Both the position numbers and the translations under genes were made by a program. 64,000 bases of DNA from Candidatus Helarchaeota archaeon. GTDB taxonomy: Archaea > Asgardarchaeota > Lokiarchaeia > Helarchaeales > RDOG01. Positions 1 through 10,527 of this stretch are shown here, piece by piece. The notes beneath the pieces are model-generated. The model made no database searches. It was not told where the DNA came from and saw only the letters and a program-made list of their open reading frames with translations. Numbering within the stretch: the stretch's first letter is position 1; every line of letters starts with the position of its first letter. Where the stretch lies: positions 352,001 to 416,000 of the forward strand of contig JAHPZH010000004.1 in NCBI GenBank assembly GCA_019058315.1, written 5' to 3'.

Positions 1-2
1 AT

Positions 3-980
3 GCAAATGATCTTAATAAACAGGCTGATAGAGAATTTAAACAAAAAAATTATAAAAAATCCCTTGAAATATATGAAAAATCAGTCGAAGTTGCCGATAA
101 ATCAAATAACGCAAAATTAATTAAAGATATGACTAAAGATTTACACAAAAATTACGAAACACTAGCCGATAATCTCGAAGAATCTGCTGAAAACTTGATT
201 GATGAAGGTCAGTTAGATGATGCTATTGATAAACTCAGTAATGCCTTGCGCTTTATAGAAAAGACTCAAGATGATAAAAAAGTGGAAAAAATAAGGAAGA
301 AAATTTCAAAAGTCTATGAAGATAATGCAGAAAAAATAAATAAAGCTGGAGACGAAGCATTTAAGCGAAAAGACTATGAAAAGGCAATAGATATCTATCA
401 TAGCAGTTTAGAAATGGCTAAGGAATCGCAAAATCAAAAAATGATTGAAAATTACTCAAAGGAATTAAATAAATCATTTGAAAAACATGCAGAAGAAGTG
501 AATAAGCAAGGGGATGAAGCGTTTGAGGCGAAAGAATATGAAAAAGCTGAAATGATTTATATCAAATCTCTTAGCCTAGCTACAGAAAGTGCAAAAGACT
601 CTTTGATAAATAAATACTCCAAAGAATTGAGAAAAACGCAGGAAACATGGGCTAAAAATATTAAAGAAGCAGCTAAACAAGCTTTGGAAGATCGCCAATA
701 TGAAATTGCAATCAAAAATTTTGAAGAATCTCTTGAGATTATCAAAAGAACAGAGGATGATGATGAAATTAAAGAATACTTAGAGGATCTTCAAGAGGCC
801 TATGAAGATTGGGCTGACAAATTGAATAAACGAGGAGATAATGCATATGATGCAAAAAATTATGAGCAAGCTGTTGAATTATACACTAAAGCCTTTGACT
901 TAATTGAAAAAACAGAAGATGAAGGCAAAATCAAAAAATATCGAAAAGATAGAGATAAAGCTATGAAAAAAATGACCTAA
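3..980 (+). CDS. TPR-like alpha-solenoid protein, 5'-partial
   Basis: Frame is open from position 3, upstream of the track start at 129. Repeated helical motif 'GDEAF..KDYEKAI.IY..SLE' recurs about every 54 aa. Confidence 0.8.
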   Translation, partial: ANDLNKQADREFKQKNYKKSLEIYEKSVEVADKSNNAKLIKDMTKDLHKNYETLADNLEESAENLIDEGQLDDAIDKLSNALRFIEKTQDDKKVEKIRKKISKVYEDNAEKINKAGDEAFKRKDYEKAIDIYHSSLEMAKESQNQKMIENYSKELNKSFEKHAEEVNKQGDEAFEAKEYEKAEMIYIKSLSLATESAKDSLINKYSKELRKTQETWAKNIKEAAKQALEDRQYEIAIKNFEESLEIIKRTEDDDEIKEYLEDLQEAYEDWADKLNKRGDNAYDAKNYEQAVELYTKAFDLIEKTEDEGKIKKYRKDRDKAMKKMT

Positions 981-1099
981 AAACTCTTTTAATTTTCTTT
1001 CATTTTGTTCATTCAATAATCTTATTAGAATAATTCTACCTTTTTTTACGTCAAAGAATGGACTGATTAACAAATAAAAAAAATGAATAATAGAATTGG

Positions 1100-1894
1100 C
1101 TATTCAGTCCAACCAATTCTTCTTTTAAACCACTCTGGCATTGAGAAGCAAACCCAGATAATATACGCCGAAAGGACGAAAAATATACGAAACGGGATAG
1201 CTAATGCTCCTAGAAAAGGAGCCACTTCAGCGATATAACCAATAGCGAAAAATAAGAGACTTATTCCCATCCAACGGGATCGACGTGAATTTGGTGGGTT
1301 TTCTTCTTTCGTTTTAGAAGAGAAATAAAAGAATATTACTGGACCTATTAAACTAATTGGCGTAAGAGTACAATAAACGATTATATCCGTGGTAGGTTGA
1401 TAAACAAGCTCATAATTGACGACATCAGCATAAGGATAACCAAGAATTATTGAATACACCAAAACTCCAACGTAAATTGCTGTTATAATAGAAACAAACA
1501 CTGTAAGTATAGCTACTTTATCTGGATAAGTTGTATGAAAAGAAAAAATATCAAAGCATACTATGGCAGCACCACTAAAAATTAGTGCAATAATAGCTGT
1601 TATATCCCCAAGAGCACGATTTCCTAAGGTTGAATAACTGACTTTCTCTATAATAAGAGATATAACTGCTATTAATAGAAATATAAATGCCAATGCCCAA
1701 TATAGAGTTGCAACCATTCTTGTCTTCTTATAATTTACACTTAATTGATAAGCTAAAATGGTAACAAGAATTATAGCAATTAATATAAGTCCAAGACCAA
1801 ATAGTTCCAAAGGATTCTTAAGAACTGAATAACCTGCAAGACGATTTCCTAAAAATTCAAAATCATATAATGAAATCATTTTAGTCCCACACAC
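1100..1894 (-). CDS. multi-pass (~7 TM) membrane protein
   Basis: About 7 hydrophobic segments; C-terminal 'MPEWFK' tail. Confidence 0.7.
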   Translation of the reverse strand: MCGTKMISLYDFEFLGNRLAGYSVLKNPLELFGLGLILIAIILVTILAYQLSVNYKKTRMVATLYWALAFIFLLIAVISLIIEKVSYSTLGNRALGDITAIIALIFSGAAIVCFDIFSFHTTYPDKVAILTVFVSIITAIYVGVLVYSIILGYPYADVVNYELVYQPTTDIIVYCTLTPISLIGPVIFFYFSSKTKEENPPNSRRSRWMGISLLFFAIGYIAEVAPFLGALAIPFRIFFVLSAYIIWVCFSMPEWFKRRIGWTE

Positions 1895-2092
1895 AAAAAA
1901 ATCTTAAAAAAAAAACATATCAAATAATGTTTTTAATATATCAATTTATGATATTTTAGGTAATTAAGAATTTTTATTTACATGTTAATTCATAATATAA
2001 AATCAGAAATTTTGATTTTTATCAGAATAGGGAAAGAATATTATAAGGAATAATAAATAAATTTATTAGATAATTATGCTTGGAATATTAAA

Positions 2093-3562
2093 ATGAGTTC
2101 TGCAATGTATGATATTGTAAAAAATATTTCAGGAAAAATGGGTCAACTTGTTGGAGTTAAGGTATATGTAGCTGTAACTGGTAAGGATGGAAATTTTATT
2201 TATTCTGATGATGTATTTGATGATTATAAAGATTTTATAAAGAGATTCGTAGAAACCAATTTTAATTACCTTCATCAAGGAGAACATTCTATTCCTTTAA
2301 GCTCAGAAAACATAATTTTCTTTAAAACCACAGAAAATACTATGACGATATTATATAATCCAAAAGGTAAAATTGGCCAATTATTAGCTTTTAAAAGTTT
2401 GATGCGGAATTATTCAGAGCCAATTGAGAATTGCTTGGCAACAGCAGAAAGCGGGGCAATTGAGATAATCGAGGAAACCGCAGCTTCCAAACTTGCGGCC
2501 CAGAAAATGGAAGAGTTAGGCATCGTATCCCGAAAGGAAGAATATTATCACAAAATTAAGCCAATTCTACGCAGATCTCTTAAGAAAAAAGATAAATTTA
2601 ACCTTATTGAAAGTACAATTCTTAATAAATGTGATGGAAATACCACCTTATTTAATATAATACGAGCTGTAGATGTAAGTGGTTTCCAAGTTATAGATAC
2701 CTTATATAAGTTTTTTGAAAAGAAGCTCATTGAGTTTGAAGATTACGAACTTTTTAATATTTCTTGTCCAGAGTGTAAGAATTCGGTAAAATATTTCATT
2801 CCCAAATTTATGTTAGAAAAAAGTGAGAAAGGTATAAGAGTTCAACTTTTTCCTGAGGGCTGTGATCATACTTTTATAGTATTCATTGATAAAAAATTGA
2901 AAATTAAGACCAAATCTGTTGAAAGATTACTAGAATTCAAAGATATATTAGATCTTAGAGAACTTTCAATAGGAAATTTAATTTCTTTTTTTGGACAAGA
3001 TGTATTTTTCAACATTTTCCACGCAATATTCTTCCGATTTTATACAGTCTTCATTGGAAAAGAGGATATAGTTAATATAATGACAGAATTTTTGAGGAAG
3101 ATCTTCACACAACTAGAATATGGACGTCATATATTCGCTATTGATCAAGAAGAATTTGAAAAAAATACCAAAAAATATAATGATTTTCTAATCATAGATT
3201 TCTATTCTAATTCAGTCATTGACCCCTATGATGAAGAAGAAGAAATATTTGACTTTGAATTTAAGTTATTTAAAAAAGTAATACAAAATCCTGATCAAAA
3301 CGTTCAAATTTTAAATACCTATTCCGAATTTGAACGCTTAATACTACTCACCGATACAATATTAAAAGAACTCGAACCTATAAAACAAATTTCAGAAGAC
3401 GACCTTATGAAAGAATTAGACGAAAAATACCAGATGAAAATAAAGCGATATGAAATACCGATTATTAAAAAATTATCCGAAATCTACTATGGTACAGATA
3501 TCTCAAAGAAAGTTACACGTACTGTTGTTGGACAAATGAGCAGTTGGTTTGAAAAGATCTAG
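2093..3562 (+). CDS. hypothetical protein with winged-helix-like segment and CxxC...CxH zinc site
   Basis: 489-aa ORF; 'ILNKCDGNTTL..I' wHTH-like motif; 'CPEC...GCDH'. Confidence 0.6.
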   Translation: MSSAMYDIVKNISGKMGQLVGVKVYVAVTGKDGNFIYSDDVFDDYKDFIKRFVETNFNYLHQGEHSIPLSSENIIFFKTTENTMTILYNPKGKIGQLLAFKSLMRNYSEPIENCLATAESGAIEIIEETAASKLAAQKMEELGIVSRKEEYYHKIKPILRRSLKKKDKFNLIESTILNKCDGNTTLFNIIRAVDVSGFQVIDTLYKFFEKKLIEFEDYELFNISCPECKNSVKYFIPKFMLEKSEKGIRVQLFPEGCDHTFIVFIDKKLKIKTKSVERLLEFKDILDLRELSIGNLISFFGQDVFFNIFHAIFFRFYTVFIGKEDIVNIMTEFLRKIFTQLEYGRHIFAIDQEEFEKNTKKYNDFLIIDFYSNSVIDPYDEEEEIFDFEFKLFKKVIQNPDQNVQILNTYSEFERLILLTDTILKELEPIKQISEDDLMKELDEKYQMKIKRYEIPIIKKLSEIYYGTDISKKVTRTVVGQMSSWFEKI

Positions 3563-3705
3563 TTTTTCTATTTTTGACTTAATTTTAGAATATTTCAATA
3601 TAATTTGTCCTTATTTCAATTCAGAAAATATATTATTAAGCTTATTAAATTAATAAACTTTTTATGAGATTGTGAGTTCAATATTAATAAAGGACAGTTT
3701 AAATA

Positions 3706-4668
3706 ATGTTAGAGTCTAAAATTAAATTAAAGGGTAAAAGTAAAGTTGAACTAATAATGAATAGGATAACTGTTGAGCAGATAAAGAAGGGCCATGAAGT
3801 AAATTCATTCAAATTACAAATAAGAAGAAAAACAAAACAATTTTTTCCATCAGGTGCAAAATCCATTGATTATGATCTAGGAGACGCTACAGGAGTTTTG
3901 AAAGGAAGAAAATTTTATGATGACAACGATGATATTAAAAGTTTTTATGATGACATAAAAATTGGAGATATATGCGAAATAACTGGTTCTTATTCCCTTA
4001 AATTCAAATCAATCACTATTGATACACTTAAAAAAACTCAAGATATCGATTTAGAAGAATTTGTTAAAATCCCAAAAATCGATGAAAAGCAATTAATGAA
4101 TGAAATAACGTCAGTAATTGAAGGATTAAAAAACATCCATTTAAAAAATTTATGTAAACTGGTTTTTCAAGATGAAGAACTTATAAAAAAATATAAAAAT
4201 ATTCCTTCTGCAACAAAGTATCATCACTCATATCCAAAAGGGAATCTTGAACATATTGTTGGTGTTCTTAGAATTTGTAAGACATTATTGAACTTATATA
4301 AGCCCTATCAAAATTCGAATATTAATAAGGATCTTCTTTTAACAGGTGTTATTTTCCACGATATTGGGAAAGCTTTTACTTATACATTACATAATAGAAT
4401 CGCAACTGTTACAGAGATGGGTGCTAAAATTGATCATATTGTCCTAGGTAATAATTATATCTTAAAAATGATTGAAAATTTTGAAGATTTTCCTGAGAAA
4501 TTGAAAATCGATCTTACGCATTTACTTTTAAGCCATCATGGTAGAAAAGAATGGGGATCTCCAGTAACTCCTAAAACACCAGAGGCTGAAATCCTCCATC
4601 TAGCTGATTTATTGGATTCGAGATTTAAAAAAGCATTAGAGGGAAAATTTGTAATAGATTCCCTCTAA
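3706..4668 (+). CDS. YhaM/Cbf1-like 3'-5' exonuclease (OB fold + HD domain)
   Basis: PSATKYHHSY..GNLEH, FHDIGK, DHIVLG, LSHHG..EWGSP..PKTPEAEILHLADLLDS are YhaM-family HD motifs. Confidence 0.85.
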   Translation: MLESKIKLKGKSKVELIMNRITVEQIKKGHEVNSFKLQIRRKTKQFFPSGAKSIDYDLGDATGVLKGRKFYDDNDDIKSFYDDIKIGDICEITGSYSLKFKSITIDTLKKTQDIDLEEFVKIPKIDEKQLMNEITSVIEGLKNIHLKNLCKLVFQDEELIKKYKNIPSATKYHHSYPKGNLEHIVGVLRICKTLLNLYKPYQNSNINKDLLLTGVIFHDIGKAFTYTLHNRIATVTEMGAKIDHIVLGNNYILKMIENFEDFPEKLKIDLTHLLLSHHGRKEWGSPVTPKTPEAEILHLADLLDSRFKKALEGKFVIDSL

Positions 4669-4734
4669 AATCCCTAATAAATTCCCCTTTTTTTAAATAG
4701 AAATGAATAAAAATAATGTTGAACTCTTGTAGAT

Positions 4735-6186
4735 TTATTTTTTAGATTTTCTCTTTGATTTCTTTTTAGTTTTCTTTTTAGATTTTACCTTAGATTTCTT
4801 AGTTTTTCCTTCAGGTTTTTTCTTAGCTGCAGATTTAGGTTCTTCCTTTACTTCTGGTTTCTTAATTTTATCAATATATTTTACAACTTGTGGTAAGATC
4901 TTTAAACGTGAATAGAAATAATCGTTGACTAATTTTACTACTTGTAACCTAGATTCATCAATTAGTCTATCCCATTCTTCGTCAGTAATTTTAGTAAAAC
5001 CAATGATATCATCTCTAAGACGGAATAAAGCTTCTACAATCTCAGTCTCTTCAGGTCCTTCACAAATTCTAACAATATCAATAATCAATTTTTTTGCTTG
5101 TTCTGCAAGTGTTCTTTTATCAATCCCAGCAGCATGTTTTTTTCCTGCATCAAGTGTTTCAATTAAAGACCAAACTTGATATAAACATGCAGCAGGTTCA
5201 TCGAATAATTCGCGTATAAACATAGCTTCTTTATGTTGACCCGTTAATCGAAATATATTATATAATCTCTTAGCAACCTTTCCGTAATTTTCATGGCCTA
5301 TTTCGGTATATTTAACTACTTGTCCTTCTAACGCTGTTACATAACTATCGAGTTTATCTGGGGTTAAATTTTCCTTTAATTTTGTAAAGAGTGGTATACT
5401 TCCAGCTTCTATATAAACTTCCTGAAAATAAGGATCTAATTGACCGTCTAATGGAATAATATTGCCGTCCGGTCCTTCCCAAGTAACATCTAACATGTTT
5501 GAGACACAAACAGTTCTACCAAGATCTTTTTCAAAAATAATCCAATCAAGTTTGCACCAACCTGGGTCTTTTTCGCCATATTCCCAGTCAATTCTTACAG
5601 GATTTCCCTTTTCATCTTCAACGTCCATATATCCTTGCCTAATTTCATTAGCATCCCAAGAAACTGGTGATTCAGCTTTTATTAATTTACCACCTTTTAC
5701 ATAATTTTCCTTAAATGTACCCCATTTTATTTCGATTAATTGGTAACTTGTAGAACAAAATGTTTCAAGACCTTTTTTTCTCATTACTTCACCAATAATT
5801 TTACAAGCTTCTTCTTTAGTAGGTGCTATTATGTTAACTCTTTCAAAATAGTCTAGATCACCAGGATATCTTTGAACTTTACCTTGTGCTGCTGATCCAG
5901 ATAAAGATAAGGCTGTTTCGACCACCCCTTTAGTATCTGGTAGTCCGACGATATCTGCTATTTTTTTAATTCTATCTAAACCTTCAGCATCAAAATCAAG
6001 AAGAGATACTTTATGTCCATATACTCCTTTTTCTTCATCAATAGAAAGATCATCTACACAAATTTCTGAAGATGACATATCAGCAAGCCACTTTATCGCT
6101 TTCTCTTCGTCAATATCAACACCTAATCTTCGTCCAGCTTTGATTATTTGCTGAATTTCATCTTTATCCTTTTTTGCTTTTGGCAT
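4735..6186 (-). CDS. hypothetical protein, probable Pol-beta-superfamily nucleotidyltransferase, Lys-rich tail
   Basis: 'LSGS-x11-DLDY' fits hG[GS]x9-13Dh[DE]h. Confidence 0.5.
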   Translation of the reverse strand: MPKAKKDKDEIQQIIKAGRRLGVDIDEEKAIKWLADMSSSEICVDDLSIDEEKGVYGHKVSLLDFDAEGLDRIKKIADIVGLPDTKGVVETALSLSGSAAQGKVQRYPGDLDYFERVNIIAPTKEEACKIIGEVMRKKGLETFCSTSYQLIEIKWGTFKENYVKGGKLIKAESPVSWDANEIRQGYMDVEDEKGNPVRIDWEYGEKDPGWCKLDWIIFEKDLGRTVCVSNMLDVTWEGPDGNIIPLDGQLDPYFQEVYIEAGSIPLFTKLKENLTPDKLDSYVTALEGQVVKYTEIGHENYGKVAKRLYNIFRLTGQHKEAMFIRELFDEPAACLYQVWSLIETLDAGKKHAAGIDKRTLAEQAKKLIIDIVRICEGPEETEIVEALFRLRDDIIGFTKITDEEWDRLIDESRLQVVKLVNDYFYSRLKILPQVVKYIDKIKKPEVKEEPKSAAKKKPEGKTKKSKVKSKKKTKKKSKRKSKK

Positions 6187-6230
6187 ATTTAATCGCCTTG
6201 AGATTTTCTTAATTTATTTTATATAAATTT

Positions 6231-7289
6231 TTAATGAAATCCAATCTTTATTAAATATTCTTTAAATATTTTTGCCAGTTCTTCAGGTCTTTGACTTATA
6301 ATATTACCATACATAAGTCTTGGGATGAACCACATGTCATTAATATAAACTTTATTTATGTTTGGGCGACGAATGATTGAAAAATTTAACCAATAATCAT
6401 CCAATTCTTCACCTAAAGGTCCCGAATAAAATACAAAATTAAAACTTGATTGTTTTTGTCTTTTATAAAACTTTAAAATTATTGCAATAAATCTTGCAAA
6501 ATTTTTTAAATCATTTTCTGATAATTCCAAAAAATTTGATTTGTTAATAATCCCCTGAATATTAAAATTTCCTATTGGAGCAAAAGGAATTAACCAATGT
6601 ATTCCCTCTGTTTCTGATATATATCTTTCTGAGCTTATTTTCTCTGTTTTGATAAGTTCTGACCAAAAATTAACTTTATTCTCTTCATAATATCTCTTAC
6701 TATTATCTAATAATAATTTTGAATAACAAAAAGGATATTCACCTGCTGTAATCTGGAGATGGGGATGAACAAGACTAGATCCAGAAGGAAATAAATAATT
6801 AGCACCCAGTACGGCATATTTTACTTTATCAATTTCATAAATCCTCTTTAAATAAATTAATGCTGCTTTAAGGGCATCAAAGAGTAACTCAGAGCTATAG
6901 TTTTCTAATGATAAAAAATGTGAGCGTGATAGGATTACAACGGCTGAATGTTCTAAATAAGGAAATAAATTAGGAATGATTACAGCTTCTCCAACTTTTA
7001 ATCTACCATCCGGAAAAATATCTGCAGTAAATTTTGGAGTAGCCGAATCTATCTTTTCTGGACAAAAAAAACAATTCTTTTTTGTTTTTGCACAAATATC
7101 ATCAAGTAGTTCATTATCTAATTTTTTATGAACTCTACTTATTTTCTTTTTCTGACTGCTAGGACATAAACTCAAGTGACCTAAAAGTGGATCAATTCTA
7201 TATTCGACCTCTTGTTCATCCAGTTCGAAATTGATTAACGGAGAATGTAATTTTGCGACTTTTATTTTCTTCTCAAAATGAATTGGCAT
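6231..7289 (-). CDS. galT: galactose-1-phosphate uridylyltransferase family (HIT-like)
   Basis: R.DPLLG, CFFCP, PNLFPY, GSSLVHPHLQ. Confidence 0.8.
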   Translation of the reverse strand: MPIHFEKKIKVAKLHSPLINFELDEQEVEYRIDPLLGHLSLCPSSQKKKISRVHKKLDNELLDDICAKTKKNCFFCPEKIDSATPKFTADIFPDGRLKVGEAVIIPNLFPYLEHSAVVILSRSHFLSLENYSSELLFDALKAALIYLKRIYEIDKVKYAVLGANYLFPSGSSLVHPHLQITAGEYPFCYSKLLLDNSKRYYEENKVNFWSELIKTEKISSERYISETEGIHWLIPFAPIGNFNIQGIINKSNFLELSENDLKNFARFIAIILKFYKRQKQSSFNFVFYSGPLGEELDDYWLNFSIIRRPNINKVYINDMWFIPRLMYGNIISQRPEELAKIFKEYLIKIGFH

Positions 7290-7395
7290 AATAAATGAAA
7301 ATAAATTTTGAATTTAATAATATATTTTTGCAAAAAGATAAATGCGAAAAAATTTATGTGATCTTACAATAAGTCTTTAATTAAGGAGATTAAAG

Positions 7396-7911
7396 TTGAC
7401 TGAGACACATTACGTATATAAGGTGGTAATAATAGGGGATTTCGCAGTGGGAAAAACCAGTCTTATAAAAGAATATATGGAGAAAACGTTCCAATACGAT
7501 TATAAACCCACTATAGGTGCTAATATAGCTAAGAAAGATTTTGAGATTCCTAAAAGTAAAGCTGTGGCATCAGTCAATTTTTGGGATATTGCAGGACAAA
7601 AAATGTTCGCTACTCTTCACCGTCCATTTTTTGAAGGTGCAAATGGAGTCTTAATAGTCTATGATGTCACCCGACCAGATTCTTTTAATAATCTAGGTAA
7701 TTGGTTTAATGATTTTAAGAAAATCGTAAAATCTGATATTCCAGGAGTTATTGTTGGGAATAAAATTGATTTGAAACGGGAAGTAAAAACCAAACAAGGA
7801 AAAAAATATGCAGATTCCATAGGATTTTATTTTATTGAGACATCTGCAAAGGAAAATAAAAATGTAGAAGACGCGTTTCGATATATTTTATCAAATATAT
7901 TACCAAAATAA
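7396..7911 (+). CDS. Rab-like small GTPase
   Basis: G1 GDFAVGKTS, G2 YKPTIG, G3 WDIAGQ, G4 NKID, G5 ETSAK. Confidence 0.95.
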   Translation: MTETHYVYKVVIIGDFAVGKTSLIKEYMEKTFQYDYKPTIGANIAKKDFEIPKSKAVASVNFWDIAGQKMFATLHRPFFEGANGVLIVYDVTRPDSFNNLGNWFNDFKKIVKSDIPGVIVGNKIDLKREVKTKQGKKYADSIGFYFIETSAKENKNVEDAFRYILSNILPK

Positions 7912-7929
7912 ATAAAATGAGGAAATATA

Positions 7930-8445
7930 ATGAGTTATAAAAAATTTACATTTAAAATAACCCTTATCGGGGATGGAGCAGTTGGCAAAACTAGCTTAAT
8001 AACCGCCTACATAGAAAAAAGGTTTAAATTCGATTATTTGCCTACCTTTGGCGCTAATATTATGAAAAAAGACTTTGCAATTCCTGAAAAAAATGCGGTA
8101 GCTAGTATAAATTTCTGGGATATTGCAGGGCAACCTTCTTTTAAATCTCTTCATAAAACATTTTTTGGAGGATCAAACGGAACTCTCCTTGTCTTTGATG
8201 TAACACAACCACATACGTTTGAGAGTTTGGCAGAGTGGCATAAAAGATTTAAAAAATTTGGATCTAAAAAAGCTCCTGGAGTAGTTGTAGCAAATAAAAT
8301 TGATTTAAAGCGAAAAATAAAAACCGATCAAGCGAAAGCTTTTGCAGATAAAATTGGTTATTACTATATCGAAACCTCTGCACTCCAAAATCGCAATGTC
8401 ACGGAGGCATTCCAATATTTATTAGATAATTTATTACCAAAATAA
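7930..8445 (+). CDS. Rab-like small GTPase (tandem paralogue)
   Basis: GDGAVGKTS, YLPTFG, WDIAGQ, NKID, ETSAL; same 171-aa length as its neighbour. Confidence 0.95.
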   Translation: MSYKKFTFKITLIGDGAVGKTSLITAYIEKRFKFDYLPTFGANIMKKDFAIPEKNAVASINFWDIAGQPSFKSLHKTFFGGSNGTLLVFDVTQPHTFESLAEWHKRFKKFGSKKAPGVVVANKIDLKRKIKTDQAKAFADKIGYYYIETSALQNRNVTEAFQYLLDNLLPK

Positions 8446-8660
8446 TAAATTTCATTTAAAAATCTCCCTTTTCTTTTCAACAATTGTCATATCTAGTTTA
8501 ATTACCCTATCCAAGGATTATAAATCATATTTTATTAACGAAAAAAAATTCCATCATTGAAATTTGATTGTAAATACAATATTTATATAAAATAGAAAAG
8601 TATATAAAGACAAAATCCATATTTTAATTAATCAAAAAAGAAAAAGTATGGATGAAAAAA

Positions 8661-8825
8661 ATGGATAGTTTAAGTATTAGTAAAAAAAGAATCATTAATT
8701 TAGGAAGTAATTGCGATTTAGGTTGTAAATACGCAAAAGATTTATTTTTCGGTAAAATTTATTGTAAAAGATATGGATGGATATCTAAAAACGTTAATTG
8801 CAAACATTATAAGCCAAGGAGATAA
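8661..8825 (+). CDS. small 4-Cys protein (54 aa), not in ORF track
   Basis: Manual translation MDSLSISKKRIINLGSNCDLGCKYAKDLFFGKIYCKRYGWISKNVNCKHYKPRR*. Confidence 0.55.
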   Translation: MDSLSISKKRIINLGSNCDLGCKYAKDLFFGKIYCKRYGWISKNVNCKHYKPRR

Positions 8826-8845
8826 ATTTTAAGGAAGGGTAATAA

Positions 8846-8992
8846 ATGTTAAAATGTGTATCTTGCAGTAAAAATCTATCAGAAGAAGAATCTAAATCAA
8901 CTGATTCGATTTTTCCTACTTGTAGTGCATGTAACAATTTTGAGAAGTTGAATTTATTCGGATCTAAACAAATCAACTATATTTCTTTGTAA
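8846..8992 (+). CDS. small zinc-finger protein (48 aa, CxxC...CxxC), not in ORF track
   Basis: MLKCVSCSKNLSEEESKSTDSIFPTCSACNNFEKLNLFGSKQINYISL*, with purine-rich AGGAAGGG upstream. Confidence 0.6.
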   Translation: MLKCVSCSKNLSEEESKSTDSIFPTCSACNNFEKLNLFGSKQINYISL

Positions 8993-9006
8993 TAAAAAAG
9001 ATTATC

Positions 9007-9077
9007 GAATCTTTCCCTCGCTAACTTTACTTTTTCGTCCCTCCCCCCAAAACTCCCTCCGTTGCGAGGGAAGATTC
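9007..9077. other. GC-rich inverted repeat with a pyrimidine-rich loop
   Basis: gaatctttccctcgctaac ... gttgcgagggaagattc pair with two bulges. Confidence 0.6.
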
Positions 9078-9384
9078 ACCCTTAAATTAAATGAAATGAA
9101 ATCTATTTAATTTGAATTAAGATTATAATAAGTGTTAAATCTTGATCAAAAATTTTTACAATTATAAAATTTTGAAATAGCTACCTCTCCAAAAAACTAT
9201 GACAAAAAAACTGACTTCTGAATATGAAAATTTTGTGTTGACATTTTGAGTAAAATAATTCAATTATATTATGTTCATATAAATTATTTTTCAGTGCTCA
9301 TATAGTCGACGAAAAAGCAATATCTTTATAAAAACTAAATGAAAATAATAAAATAACCAAAATTAAAATTTTGAGGAGAAAAAT

Positions 9385-9600
9385 ATGGCAAAAAAAAGAT
9401 ATTTCGCTTGGAGCCCACTTAGAAAAGTCATGGCTGATGCTGGAGCAAAAATCGTTGCAAGAGATGCACTAGGCACTCTTATTGCTTGGTTACAAGATGA
9501 AGCAGTAAGAATTTCAAAAAGAGCTTATGTTTTAGCTAAACATTCTAATCGAAAGAAAATTACAAAGGGCGATATAGATCTATCAATAAAAGGATATTAA
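9385..9600 (+). CDS. archaeal histone (HMf/NF-YB-like fold)
   Basis: PLRKVM..AGA..VA.DA ... LAKHSNRKKITKGDI histone-fold signature; GAGGAG RBS. Confidence 0.92.
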   Translation: MAKKRYFAWSPLRKVMADAGAKIVARDALGTLIAWLQDEAVRISKRAYVLAKHSNRKKITKGDIDLSIKGY

Positions 9601-9706
9601 ACAATCCATTAAACTTTCTCTTTTTTTTTTATTTTAAAAATTTTAAGTATTTTTTTGGACATTTTTATTCAAAATTTTTTTATAATTTAGTATTATTTCT
9701 TTTCTG

Positions 9707-10507
9707 GTGAAATTTTTCATGAGCTCAATTCGAGAATCATTAAGTGCTCTCAAAAAGGTTTTTTTTTCAACTCGGAAAATGAAAATATTCTCGCTGTGGC
9801 TTATAATCGCTGTATTGCTAGAAGTGCTAATAATTGGAGCATCAAGAAATGAATTATTTATAGGATTTGTTAATTTTAACTTTGTAATTAAAGAGATTAA
9901 AAACCAAACTAACCAACTTATCGTTTTTATTTCAGTTATCTTATGTGCTATAAGCATGCTCGTATTTTGGTTGATTAGAGAAAAATTAACAAAATCAATT
10001 GAAAAGTGGGAAAAGAAACCAAGAACAAAATTTATACTCTTTGGAAGTTTAAGTGCATTATGGGTGGAATTCATTTTTTGGTTAGTTGAAAAATTATTTA
10101 GAACTGAGGGAGTGGCAGCAAGTCCAAATCTAATTCTGGATTGGTTAGTGACCATGCCTTGGTACATAATGATGATTACTTTGATTTGGAAGATCAATAC
10201 TCGTTATAAATATTCATTAATTGAACTTGCAGTATTTGGTGGTATATATGAATTAGCTGCAGATGGAGTGCTAGGTTTAATTTTTCAAGGACAACCTGCT
10301 CAAATTATTCTCCTCCCACTGGTATTTCCTATTTTTGTTATTGTATATTCTTATATGATACTACCCCCCACCATTTTAACCCGAAAAGAAATAGAAATGA
10401 CGAATTCTGTTCATTTAGATAGAGAAGATTCAAGAAAATTTAAATATGGACTTCTTCCATTATTGGGATTGATTCCTTATATCTTCTTGTTTATACTTAT
10501 GATCTAG
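9707..10507 (+). CDS. membrane protein
   Basis: Several hydrophobic helices; start uncertain. Confidence 0.6.
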   Translation: MKFFMSSIRESLSALKKVFFSTRKMKIFSLWLIIAVLLEVLIIGASRNELFIGFVNFNFVIKEIKNQTNQLIVFISVILCAISMLVFWLIREKLTKSIEKWEKKPRTKFILFGSLSALWVEFIFWLVEKLFRTEGVAASPNLILDWLVTMPWYIMMITLIWKINTRYKYSLIELAVFGGIYELAADGVLGLIFQGQPAQIILLPLVFPIFVIVYSYMILPPTILTRKEIEMTNSVHLDREDSRKFKYGLLPLLGLIPYIFLFILMI

Positions 10508-10527
10508 TCAAAATGTACATTAATCAA

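Noticed and set aside
9007-9077. SECIS element
   Set aside because: No in-frame UGA in the upstream ORFs and no AUGA/GA core.
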